From Octopus vulgaris (lineage: Eukaryota), in the NCBI GenBank assembly GCA_951406725.2, contig OX597814.1, forward strand, positions 92,070,001 through 92,134,000: a DNA stretch of 64,000 nt. Direction: 5' to 3'. A model generated the notes under the pieces. That model was not told where the DNA came from and did no database searches. It saw nothing but the letters and a program-made list of their open reading frames with translations. The position numbers and the translations under genes are program-made. This document shows positions 1-12,739 of the stretch, piece after piece (position 1 is the first letter of the stretch; each line of letters begins with the position of its first letter).

Positions 1-153
1 TGTCGCTATACTTCTCATGCATGTGCTTTTTGTTTATAAACACATGGATATAGTTTATACACAATATGAATGTATATGTACGGGCAGATATATGCTGTTG
101 TTTTCAACATACCGCTTCGAATTCATTTGTCTTCATTATTCATGGTCCATCTT

Positions 154-1140
154 TAAGGCAGCAAGCTGGCAGCATCGTTAATACACCTTGCAAAGTAATT
201 AGCGGCATTTCCTCCGTATTTTCGTTCTGAGTTCAAATTCTGCCGAGGCCGACCTTGCCTTTCATCATTTTGGGGTCGATAAAGTAAATACCAGTTGAGC
301 ACTGGGGTCAATGTAATCGACTTACACCCCTCTCCCGGAATTTTCATGCCTTGTGTCAAAATTCAATACCAATATTCTATTTCAAGTTAAGGCGGTGAGC
401 TTGTAGGATTGTTAGCTAGCCGAGGAAAATGCTTAACGGCGTTTTGTCTGTCATGATATCCTAATTCAAATTCTGCCGATGTCGACTTCGCCTTTCATTC
501 TTCCGGAATCGATGAAATGCGTCTCAGTTGTGCACTGGTGTCGATGTAATCAACGAACCCCCTCCAACAAAATTTCAGACCTTCTTTATAATGAACCACT
601 TCCCTGTCTTTACGTTCTGAGTTTAATTGCCACCGAGGCCGATTTTGTCTTTCATCCTCTCGGGGTCGTTAAACTACGCACTAGTTGAGAAATGAGGTCG
701 ATGTAATCAACTTACCTGAAATTTCTGGCCTTTTGCCAAAAGAAGAAAGGATTATCTATGACCCACATCTCCTTAAAATTAGCTGAAATTTTGAGGGAAG
801 GAAACAAGTAGATATAAATGACCCAAGCACTGAATAAATTATGAGTGAAATATTGATTTCGATGGCGTCGACTTACCTTACTCTTCAAAATAGCTCAATT
901 TATGCCTGAATAAGAATTACATGTTTGAGCATCAGGGTAGCAGTTGACAGAATCTATGGAACATCGGGGAAATTTTTTGCGGTACTTCTTCCGACCTGTA
1001 CCGTTTGAGTTCAAATACTGTGTGCTCAGCTTTGTCATTCATGCTGCCGGAGTCAATAATAAAAAAGTACCATTCAAATAATGAGTTCGACGGTAACGAC
1101 CTATCCTCAAAACGGATGCCCTTGTTCTTAACTTAGAAAC
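154..1140 (+). mobile_element. Cluster of 4 decayed copies/fragments of SINE family A (Nin/Deu-like central domain)
   Basis: Repeated 'aaggc(g/a)gc(g/a)agctggcag...ttctgagttcaaatt..gccgagg.cgac..tgcctttcatc.tt..ggggtcgataaa...taccagttg' at ~154, ~388, ~600 and ~935; same family as the cleaner copy at 1719. Confidence 0.8.
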
Positions 1141-1348
1141 GGTTAGTTATTGAAACGCAAGACCAGTGGATTCGTACAATCATTAGAGCTGCTGCACTAT
1201 GCATTGCAATATTTCTTGTGGCTTTTTGCCTTCTAATCCAAAATCCCGCTATGGTCAAGTATACATTTCATTCTTTCATAAAATGAAGGGCCAGTAATGC
1301 TATCATCTTTTATTTAACTTAGAAATCCTGTTGCTTCCATTATTTGTG

Positions 1349-1440
1349 TACCGTATATACTCAACAATAAGTCGCACTTTTTTCCTCTGAAATTTTCAGC
1401 TCAGGTTAAGGATGCGACTTATGAGCGCAACCTATAAAAA
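1349..1440 (+). mobile_element. Terminus of a pogo/Tc2-like DNA transposon
   Basis: TA followed by 'ccgtatatactcaacaataagtcgcac...gatgcgacttat', resembling CCGTA-start Tc2/pogo ends with an internal aagtcgca/tgcgactt inverted pair. Confidence 0.45.
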
Positions 1441-1718
1441 AAATCTTCATATATTTTCTAGGTACAAGACAGAAACTGTGTGGATTTTATAAGATCTTTT
1501 TCTTCTCTTACATGTCTTGGCGTGTTGTTAATTAGAGTAGAGCCTGAGTGATACAGAAACTGAGGATGAAACACAAACAAAATGAGAGTAGCAAGCTTCA
1601 AAGATCAGATGACAGTATTTGATCTATGAATGAACTACTCCATAACGAGATGATAGGCAGAGTCAGTTGAAGGACTCAGATTATATTTAAGAATTCGATT
1701 AACAGAAACTGAAATCAT

Positions 1719-1932
1719 AAGGCGGCGAGCTGGCAGAAATGCTTAGCGGTATTTCGTCTGCCGTTACATTCTGACTTCAACTTCCGCCGAGGTCGACTTT
1801 GCCTTTCATCCTTTCGGGGTCGATAAATTAAGTACCAGTTACGCGCTGAGGGTCGATGTAATCGACTTAATCCCTTTGTCTGTCCTTGTTTGTCCCCTCT
1901 GTGTTTTGCCCCCTGTGGGCGATAAAGAAATA
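1719..1932 (+). mobile_element. SINE family A, near-complete copy
   Basis: 'aaggcggcgagctggcagaa...gccgaggtcgactttgcctttcatcctttcggggtcgataaattaagtaccag...gccccctgtgggcgataaagaaata'; further copies at 14513, 17018(-), 32361, 48312 and 49560(-). Confidence 0.85.
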
Positions 1933-2613
1933 AGAAACTGAAAATATTTGTAAGAAAATTTTGATAAAATGTTTGTAAGAGAGAGGGAGAAAGAGAGAGA
2001 GAGAGAGAGTGCCAGAGACGGGAGGCAGATTTTTATATTAGCTAATGAACCTATAACATGTATGTTTAATGTCATGGGTTGCTATCGTCATCAGCATCGA
2101 ACTTTCGAACTTTCAGGTTAAATGTAACTCGCTTTTCGATGTTAATCTGTAATTCAATTACCAAGCATGATATTCCATCCAATTTTAGGCATATTATACA
2201 GCAATCAGCAGCACACATTGTCAAGAGAAGTGGTAATGAGTGGCGTTAATGTGATTTCTATAAATATTTGCAAATTCTAATACCACGTAGCGACACCGTG
2301 TCATCGCTTACGATCTTTATCATTGCTTAGGTCTATCTGAAATATAACAATTGATTATTATGTGAAAGGAGTAAATCCTGATATTGTCATTTCATTCATA
2401 AGTGTCCGCCAACCTGTTTACTGTTAGCTACATTCAATATATCTGCTAAATAGATGCCTGATGATTTCTTTTATATACAGTAAGAAACATGTTGTCATCG
2501 AATAAACACCGAAGAAGAATTGTGAAAATGTATTATATAGAGCCATATCGGCAATTGATAGGCGCTACTATATAATTATTATTACCTTCTTGATGACAAA
2601 AGAAAAATATATA

Positions 2614-3866
2614 CAGGGTGTGTAATGTATTTGAGGACACCTTTTTTTGGTGGACACATTTTGCTAACTCTGAGGACAACTTTTGGTAACTCTGTATAAT
2701 CCTTGTTTCAGAAAATAATAATAGCAGACCCTCAGCTTACTCAAGTAATGGAGTGGCATGCTGTTCTTGTGTTTATAAAGGTTCAGCATAGCGATTTAGA
2801 AATATCTCGATTTTTAAAAGTTGCCAGACCTTTCATCTACAAGGTCTATAAGGAGTTAGAGACTGAAGATGGAAACGTATCACCAGTCTCAAAGCATAAA
2901 AAGTATTTTGAACGCTCTGAAATCATCAGAACAATTGAATTTATCCAGTAAGTTCAACAGACCATTGAAGGTCCATGAGATCAATTGCAAAAATCTCCAT
3001 GTGTCAGAAGGAACAATCAGAAATGTTGTCCACGAAGACATTAGATATAAATCTTATATGATGAAGAAATGTCAATTAGACAGAAAAAGCAACATAAAAT
3101 CACTACACGAGATCGAAAATGCTCTTAAACAAACTGAAAAGTCCAGCAGAAAAAGATGTGGTTTGGTTTTTCTCTAACGAGAAAAACTTCAACTAAGATC
3201 AAATAGTTAACAGAAAATATAACAGATGCTTATGTGCAGACCCTTCTGAAGTGTTATGCATACAACGTTTCTTGCAACTGTCATGCTTTTAGAGGTTGTC
3301 AACAATGAAGGACACGTGATGTCTCCTTGCGTCTTTCTACAAGACCTTAGAGTTAACTCTGCCGCCTACATTGAGGTCCGGGAAATAATTGTTAATCCTT
3401 GGATAGACAGTGTATGCAATGGAAGGTTATATGTGTTTCAGTAAGGCTCTACACTCTCACATATCGCTCTAGTAACACAGGAATGGATGGCTGAAAATGT
3501 TCATGATCACATAACTCCTAAGATTTGGCCTCCTAGATCCCCAGATTTCAATCCATTGGACTATTACATGTGGAGCGTTGTTGAGAGAGAGGTCAATGTA
3601 CACGCCCATAACACCAATGATTCTTTGAAAGCTGCTATTCTCAGAGTAATGTCCAGAAGCAGGACCACTTGATTCGATCGTGTAGATGATTTAGATCTCA
3701 CATAGAAGCTATTGTTGAAGCTGATGGTGGCTGTTTTGAATAACATTATAGAAAAGAAGTCTTATTTTTATCCTCAGCATTTTTTGATAAATAAAGTCAT
3801 TATCTATTATTATATATCTGTTTTTTTATAAACATAAATCTATCCTGAAATATCTAACGCACCCTG
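2614..3866 (+). mobile_element. Full-length decayed DD37D (maT/Bmmar1-like) Tc1-mariner transposon
   Basis: Imperfect TIRs: cagggtgtgtaatgtatttgaggaca (2614) and tatcctgaaatatctaacgcaccctg (ends 3866). Broken transposase with an HTH region (VSEGTIRNVVHEDI), 'RVNSAAYIEV' and 'WPPRSPDFNPLDYYMW'. Confidence 0.9.
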
Positions 3867-4699
3867 TTGTGTAAATGACAACCTCGTATGAAAAGAAATA
3901 TTGAAACAATAATATTTGACATTTAGTCTGTTACTGTAATTACAAATTCGCCGCCATTTATGTGACAACACTATTGTATGATATTGTACAATTTCTTTCT
4001 AGACAGAATAAATCTTATAACTCGGAAGTAAGAAAAATAAAATTTCAGATTTATTAACTCATGACCCGTTCCTCCGACATTGATGTCAATGTTTAAAGAT
4101 ACTTTCACTACCTATTTTTCAGCAATCGATTTATTTTATGGGAGACTTCCATTAGTATCGATGTTTACGGTTCTAGAAAAGCCCCTGAAAGGGGAATTTT
4201 TCTATATATATTGAACTTTTTGAGGATTAATCAGTAGATGAAATGCAGCACGTGTCAATCTCCAGAGCTGCCAAGATGTTCAAAAGAGGGAAGAAGGAAA
4301 TATGTTTTGCGGATAGTTGCAGTCGGAAGTAGTCCATCAAGATATCAAGTTTTCTCAAATCCAAGTAGATACTTCATTCAAATTTGCAACGGAGTGATTT
4401 CTGCTAAAGGAAACCAGTGGCAAGTTGGAGGCTTCAAACCTGAGGATAGGTTAATTATGTTCCCAGATAAGTTAATTAAGTTATCTGACTTCTGTTGTCC
4501 TAAATGTCTTTACACAGATTTGATCTACCGAAAGTAATGTAAGACAGAACTGGCCTAATATGTTTCGCGAAGTAGTCAAATCCACAAAACCATGAAGCCA
4601 ACTACTTAAAGATGATGTCTGTATTGACTATTTACTTATCCTGGATAAGCGTTACCAGAAATAATACATGGATGGGTGACCTACCAGAGTCAGAGCTAC

Positions 4700-5670
4700 A
4701 TTCAAGCACAGCAGTGATTGAAACAAAGGGCATGTGTTAAAGCATTGTCCCGGTGAAACACGACACATTTTATAAGTTTTCCTGGGCGTTTAGTCTTGAT
4801 AACCTTTTGTAACTGTCTCAGCAAGTTGTCATAGGTTGTCATGGTATTCTCCATTGATGGTGTGGTCCTTTCAAATGTAGCCAACAAGCACAATGCCTTT
4901 TGCATCCCTAAAACTGAGGCTATCACCTTCCCTGCAGATGAAACTACCATGGTTTAGTTTGGAACAAGTGGGGGGGTCCACATCATAGATAGTTTCTTTG
5001 TCTGTGGCTCAAACTCATAATCCCAACACTCACGCTGGCTTAGTAAACCTTCAAAGCAACCAGCAAGATCTAAATCAAATAATGTCAAACTTTCCAGTAA
5101 AGTAATAATTCTAGAACGATTTTGATCAGATATCAGAAGAAATGGCGAGCAGAAACTTTGTTTTGCCAATTTAATTGTGCAGAATATTCTCACAGGATAT
5201 TTTAATAGCATTGGCTATTTGATTTATATTCAATCGCCTGTCATGCATCACCATGTGTGAAGAGAATGAATGTTTTCTTCGGTGGTGACAGTTGCAGGAC
5301 GTCTAAATCGTGGGCCAACTTCAAAACTCTACCTTCCCCTCCTAAATTCAGCTGCCTACTTTTGCACTATTGATAATGCTGGAGCGTCAGCCTCTGATTT
5401 AGCAACTGTGTCAGCATGAATGTTCTTGCGGACAAATACCTTTTTGTCCTGCAGGCACTTGATAACAACACGATGCCAAATTTTGTCGATTTTCAAGAGA
5501 AGTTTCTACTAGTTGCTCTCGAAGTCTTCTTTGCAAGGTCAGATGTCAATTTACCTGAAACGAAACAATACATTTATTAATAAAAAGGATTGAAATTAAT
5601 GCACGAAAGATTTCACATCTCTAATACCATTCCTTCATAGTTTACTTATGAAATTTTCAGCAACCCTTGT
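4700..5670 (-). mobile_element. Decayed mariner (DD34D) transposon, 3'-truncated
   Basis: Minus-strand 'SAGKVIASV', 'KTKRPGKLIKCVVFHRDNA' and 'YEFEPQTKKLSMMW'; TIR-like end 'gaaattttcagcaacccttgta' at ~5650-5671. Confidence 0.85.
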
Positions 5671-5729
5671 ATGTGCGTTTATGTATACATGCGCGTATGT
5701 GTGTGTGTGCATGCGTATATGTGTAGGAG

Positions 5730-6130
5730 AGGGTTCTTTTCTGTGTGTTATATTGTGTGCATATGCAAATATCATGCGGTAAATACTACCTTAATCCTCA
5801 ATGAATGTACAGAGGTCAATACATGCCATATATTTCGTTCATCCTTAGACAACTTCAATAGAAGTGATAAATGTATGAAAACAAAACATTCTCACTCTCT
5901 GAGCTCTCATCTTTCAAAGATGTATTTTGTTTTATTGTTTTTCTTTGTTACTTATGGCCTATTTATTTCATTCTACTTTATTGTATCCTATTCGGTTCAT
6001 CGCTTAACCTTTATTGTTTTCATTTTCCCCTCTGATGTATTTTATAGTGCTGACCTATTCTTATGTATGTCGCCTTGACGATACAACCTCTTGACGTAAA
6101 CTATGTTATATTTGCCTGGAGATAAAATTC
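5730..6130 (+). mobile_element. Possible Penelope-like 3' end remnant
   Basis: 'CYIVC...LILNECTEVNTCH' weakly resembles the PLE C-terminal CxLC...LNxRxE...CxH motif and is followed by a T-rich UTR-like tract. Confidence 0.3.
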
Positions 6131-7536
6131 TTATTTCTAGTTATTATTGTTTTAGGTATTATTATTATTTTTTTCTTATTTTCTTCTTACTCTTTGAAAC
6201 GCCATTCATGAATATATCATAAGAAAGGTGCTTTGACGAAATGTATTTCAACATATTATTTGAAGTTATACATGGTGATCGATTTTATATGCATCAATTA
6301 TTGATTACCCACTACTGAAATGATCGTAATGAAATACCTGAATACCAGCTCTTTGTTTTCTGGTTGTTCTTTTGAAGTATATGATTCTCTACTATCTATG
6401 TAAGAAGCCCAATCCTTATTGATGCTCCATCGATAGCATTATTTCGATGTGACAGTTTAATCTAGCTGAAATTCTAACCTCAAAAACTCCAACGATAATC
6501 TTTCATACATTTAACGCATCTGTATACACATGTGTGCGTACGTATGTGCACGTGTATGTATGCATGTATGTAAATATTTAAGTAAAACTTGAATGCATAT
6601 GCATGTATGTGTGGATCTGTGTGCTTTGCAGTTGTGTGTGTCTTTATTTGTATTTTTGCTTGTGTTGCTGTATTCGTAAGTATTGAAGGTAGCCAAATAT
6701 GAGACACAGGTAGATCATTCTTTATTACCAAACATTCAAAGCATGATCTATGTAATTATACAACATGTATACTTACATTCAGTGTACATACTATTTTGCA
6801 ACAATGCTTAGTATTAAAAAAAAATACACATCCTGTTTTTGTCTGAATCGAATGCATCCATTATTTCATAAATATTATTGATGTAATTTAACAAAGTCAA
6901 TATTTCTTTACAAGAGAATTAAGTTGTCTCTACCTGTTTTAAGTGGAATAGCAAGCGAAGCAACCATGAACTTTTCGTAGGCCTTTGAGACCGGTTGGTG
7001 TAAAATAAAAAAAAAATCCTCAGACTGAATCCTTTAAAAGTAACCCGCTTTCGGGTGATAATATTTGTGAGATAATTATTTACAAGGATAGTCGGGGTTT
7101 TGTACAAGATAGGATAATTATTTTCGTCAATATTCAGCATTCGAGTTGACATGTCAAGCACGATTTACATTTTGATGCGAAAGTTTCAGAGATAATTTCG
7201 AATTTAAATATCTGTTACTAATTTGCAAAATATGATTTTCCAATTTTATGCTTGCATAATTAGCCTTCCACTCAGTCATTACATTAATGCTACGTGAGGC
7301 GCTAATGAGATTTCTAGAAGTTTTTGCGAATTTAATATCTCTTAAAGCCACCATGTCACTTTATATGACTTTCCCCGTTACTTTCGTCAATAAGTAATAT
7401 AAACTATGAACTACGTTATTAAAATAGGAATGTTTTGTATTATATATTTTATTTCCTAAGTATCTACCGATTAATTTAATATGAAAGATTTTCAATAATT
7501 TTGTTAATGAAATAGCCTTTTTGAGACCGTAGGAAA

Positions 7537-8031
<495 letters not shown>

Positions 8032-8542
8032 AAATTGCCCTGATGCAGTACCAGGCAGTGACCGCTCATGGCTTCTGATATTAACTGATTGGAAGTATAT
8101 CCATGTACATTGTTTTGTCTTGGTATAAAAGATGCGCTACAGCAAATATTCTGTTTGACCTTAACCAGTTCAGCATGTCCCTTAGTGGCTGACGATATGT
8201 GCATCTCTGATCAAGAGCATCATAGCCATATGTTGAGTTGGATTCTTTGGGGTTTGAATAATTCACCCCTGGAAACATAGGTGTTTCGTTCAACATTCTT
8301 AACCCTTATTCAGGGACATTTTGAGCGGGATGTGGTTATTCGATCAGTAGAAAATTCTAACTTGGCCCCACCTGCAAGGTCATGTGCTGTTTATCTTGAT
8401 ATGAGATTACCATGTCACGCACATATGGTTGTGATGCATGTGCCTAGTGTACTCTTATCAGACGAGTAGTCATGATGGGTATACTGGGCTTCGTATATTT
8501 TATCCTAGTGTCACTTTGATGGCATGCACTGAACTCTCACTC
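8032..8542 (+). mobile_element. Non-coding ~510-560 bp microsatellite-associated element, copy 1
   Basis: Starts 'aaattgccctgatgcagtaccaggcagtg' and ends 'ctctcactc(aat)n'; alignable with 29381-29941 and 39680-40236(-). Confidence 0.9.
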
Positions 8543-9147
8543 AATAATAATAATAATAATAATAATAATTATAAAAATCAAGTCGTTGACTTTTTGAATT
8601 TCTCAACGACATGAATATTAGTATATATGTGTGCGTGTATATATGTACGTATGTATATGTATGCATGCATGTATGTATGCATGTATGTACGTATGAGTGT
8701 GCGTATATATGTATATATATATATATATGTATGTGTGTGTGCGTGTGTGTGTGTATGTATGTATATATATATGTAATATTATTGTTTTTTTCTACGAGTA
8801 ATTACAAATAGAACAAGTTGAATTGCTTCTTTTAAAGGCAACGCTCTCAGTGACCACTGTTAGTTGTAAACACATTTGACCTCTGCTGACCCAAAGGGTG
8901 CAATGATTCTTTTGTCTCTATGGCTGATCTCCCCACCATCTGCTGAATCTATTTATACACCTGTAGAATATAATCTGTTCACCAAACTGCTACCCAAATA
9001 TCTCCTCCATCAATGGTAGTGGAGGTGATGGTGATAATGATAAAAATAAAAGTAATAATAATATGCTGCAGCTGCTAATACTAAATACTATTAACACTAC
9101 AATAATACTACAACTGTTACTATTATGATACGTTGCAGTGATACTGG

Positions 9148-10165
9148 CGTCTACAGTAGACGAACCCGAACAAGGTCCAGTAAGTGAAACAAATACGTTG
9201 AACTGGCGGGGATACGGAGTCGAAGTGTGGCTTGTCGCCACAACTGAAGACATCGAGAGGATCCCCTTCCAGATCGAGGTTGAGAATGAAATGACATAAA
9301 CGTTGTAGTCGAGGGAAGGAGACCTAATTGCTATCTATGCGGAGCTCGAGGACACAGAAGGACTGCGTGTCCCTTATATGAATTCTCACAAAGCGAAGAG
9401 ACAACGGAAAAGGAACAGAAGAAAGAGCAAAAGAAAGAACAGATGCAGGAGAAAGTACAAACAGGAGGACAAAGATTAGACAAGAACAGTACACAGAAAG
9501 AGAAAGACAACAAGAAAGGAGAAATGGAGAAATCAAAGGAGGTGAGCAAAGGAGCTACTAGTTCCAAAAGTAGAAAGATATCGAGGACGAGGGAACGCTC
9601 AGAAGAAAAAAAGTTAACGATCCGTTTAAATTTTATGGAACACTTATAATATACAAAAGTACTTATGAAATAGAGAAAAAAAGATCGAAAATGAAGGGAG
9701 TAAAGATGGGAGCCAATTTTGATGAAGATGAGATCTGTGTTTTGGTACATGCGGATAGTCACGTCAATTTCATCGAGATCATCAAAGAGAACATGATACT
9801 GGACAATAGGTGTCGGTTAATGGAATGCCCACCTCACATATTGGATTTTAAGGAACTGGAAAAAATACAGTATATTTGAAATTCATTTATGAAAAAGTGG
9901 AAAAAACTGTGGAAAATTTCTATGTCAATTTGTGTGAAATTCATTTGAAATTTTTTGTGAAATTCATTTATGAAAAAAGAAAAAGACTGTCGAAATGTAA
10001 CCACTCGAATTCGGGGGTCGAGTAGGCATTGCGCTTCATTATTATATCTTTTCATATTTCATTTGTTTACTTTAATTTTTTGTATTAATTCATCCTCTTT
10101 TGTATTTTAAGTTCCCCGATTATGCTGTCCCATCAATGTATAGTCCCATGGGGATAATAAAAAAT
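9148..10165 (+). mobile_element. 5'-truncated Tx1/L1-like ORF1 (CCHC zinc knuckle) plus 3' UTR, no RT
   Basis: 'VVVEGRRPNCYLCGARGHRRTAC' (CX2CX4HX4C, 9329-9370), then a charged linker, then a 3' end 'cccatggggataataaaaaatc'. Confidence 0.7.
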
Positions 10166-10264
10166 CGACTATTATGATAGCACAGGAATCTGAGGCCCAA
10201 CTACCCCACCCCTACTACTGTTGCTGCGACCACTACTGCTACTACACATAAAAACAATAATATC

Positions 10265-10292
10265 AGTGATATCAGTGATGATGATGATGATG

Positions 10293-10360
<68 letters not shown>
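10265..10360. repeat. (GAT)n(AAT)n microsatellite, target of the adjacent Dong element
   Basis: Directly visible. Confidence 0.95.
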
Positions 10361-10362
<2 letters not shown>

Positions 10363-12505
10363 AAGAAACAGTGGAGCATCATGCGCTGGTTAATGGAGTC
10401 ACAATAAAAACACTGGTTATTGCGCAACCTGTTAATCGCTACCTCATTTGGTGACAATGAAAAAACGAATTATTGTAATGAAACAGAAGCCTATGATGGT
10501 GACAATGTTACACCCGGCAGGCTCAGAGATTCTGGTCCGGCTGTACCCTGTCGATATCCACAAAGGGATCACCACACACGGTGTATATGGAACAAGCAAA
10601 CTAATGCTGTGGTTATGGAGTGTTACTATCTGAGCAGCCCGGTAGATGAAAATGATGCTCAAATTAGAGGTTACCGACAACGTATGTATGATCATTGGAG
10701 AGAAAATGGATTGTTTCAACTCACGGAACAGAGACTGTGATCAAGCTAGAGGAATAAGAAAAATTGTTGGTTCACTGAAGTAGAGCTTGAAGCTATCAAA
10801 AGACGGATCGTGGAAAATAGCAGCAGAAATAACAATGACGATGCAGTTCTTACTAATAAGAGCAATCTCATAGCACAGGAAAGGAGCAGCGGTAGTTTAC
10901 TTGATGAGAGACATATAGATGATCTAAAAGAGACAATAAAGCTAATGGTGTCATGGCAGATAAACAGAAGGCAATCTACAACAGAATAAAGGTGAGAATA
11001 CAGGAGAACGATAGTGACATTATTTGCAACCTTACAAAGGTCGATCGAGAGAAATTGAACCAAGAAATGAAAAATGTCAATGAAATTCTGAAATACATCA
11101 GAACAAACATCACAGAAACAAAATGTTGATCAAGGAAGCAAGTATTGTTGTAGCAGAAAACGAGGGTATTGATGTCAAGTAAAAGAAATATAATGGGAAT
11201 GACAAAAGAAACGATCAATGGTGGAAAAGAAGAATCAAGGCAAGGTTAGACATGCTCTCGAAGGAAATCTCTGTGTTACACCGAAAAGAGAAAGAGAAGC
11301 TTAAATGCCAACAATAAATAAAGGGTGCTAAAAAAGTATAATATAGAAAGAAAGGGCCTCAAAGCAAAGATGGTAAGATACAACCGAAGAATGAAAGGTT
11401 GCCACCAGAATAGGTTATTCAGAGTAGAACGGAAGAGATTCTATAAAGAAGTAAATGGACAGTATACAGATGAAAAGTTGATACCAGATAACAATGAAAG
11501 TCAAATGTTTTGGAGTGACATTTTGAGCAAAGACAAGGAGCACAAGAAGGATGCTGAATGGTTGCAAGAACAGAAACAAACAGTAGTCTGTCCAAAATAA
11601 GCAGAACTAGTCATTTCGGTTAGGGAAGTGAAGGAAATCAGCTAAACAATTAGCAACTGGAAGGCCCGGGACCAGATGCAGTTCAAGCCTACTGGATCAA
11701 AAGATTTGGTGAATGTCATGCACGAATAGATGCGCAACTCAACACCTTGTTAAATGCCGACCAAGTAATACCAGAGTGGTTGACATTGGGTAGGACAGTG
11801 TTGTGCTTGAAAACATCGAAAAAGGCAGTACGGTAGACAATTACATGCCTATATCCTGTTTGCCGCTTATGTGGAAGTTATTGACTGGAATACTCGCAGG
11901 GGTCAATATACGAACATCTGGAAAAAAATGGAGTCCTGATACATGAGCAAAAGGGTTGCAAGCGTAAGTGCAGAGGTACTAAGGATCAACTCCTGATAGA
12001 CAAAACTGTACTTAGAGACTGCAAGAGGAGGAAAAGTAACTTATCCATATCATGTATCGATTATCGTAAGGCGTACGATATGATCCCACATTCTTGGATT
12101 ATGGAGTGTATGAACTTGAATGTTGAGCGATTGCTTGGAAAAAGTATGGCAAATTGGAGGACGGACTTGACAGCACACGGAAGAAGTTTAGGGAGAGTAG
12201 AAATTGGGAGAGGCATCTTCCAAGAGTACTACTTCTCCCCACTGATCTTTGTACTGTGCTTTATACCAATAACACTGATTCTGAGGAAAGCAAAATCTGG
12301 GTATGTATTCAAAAGCCTCCAACCAAAAGTCAACAATTTGTTATTCATGGATGACCACAAACTTTATGGTAAAGATGAAGCCCAAGTCAGTTCCCTCGTT
12401 GATACGGTGTATACCTTCAGTGCTGATATCAGAATGGAGTTTTGACTGAGAAAGTGTAGTGTTAGTCTTGAAGAGAGACAGAATTAAATGTATGGACAGA
12501 ATCAA
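10359..12505 (+). mobile_element. R4/Dong-clade non-LTR retrotransposon, decayed, 3'-truncated
   Basis: N-terminal 'VMECYYLS...GYRQRMYDHW...LTEQRL' typical of R4/Dong; RT motifs '[15 protein letters not shown]', 'RGIFQ...SPLIFVL' and 'LLFMDD.KLY'. Begins directly after (TAA)n, the known Dong target. Confidence 0.9.
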
Positions 12506-12739
12506 ATGTATGTTCTTTCGTTCATAACTATTTGTGAGTCTCCGATAAAAAAACAACATGTATGAGTGCGCGCACGCGCGTGCGTAAGTATGTATGTGAA
12601 TGTTTGTGTGATAGTTTGGTTAATTTTATGTCCCACGCTGTGTAAATAAGATACCAATATTGTCATCATAATACAATCGCCTGTTTCAATATTATGTATT
12701 AATTTTCATACTATTCTATTTAATTAATAAATATTTAAT

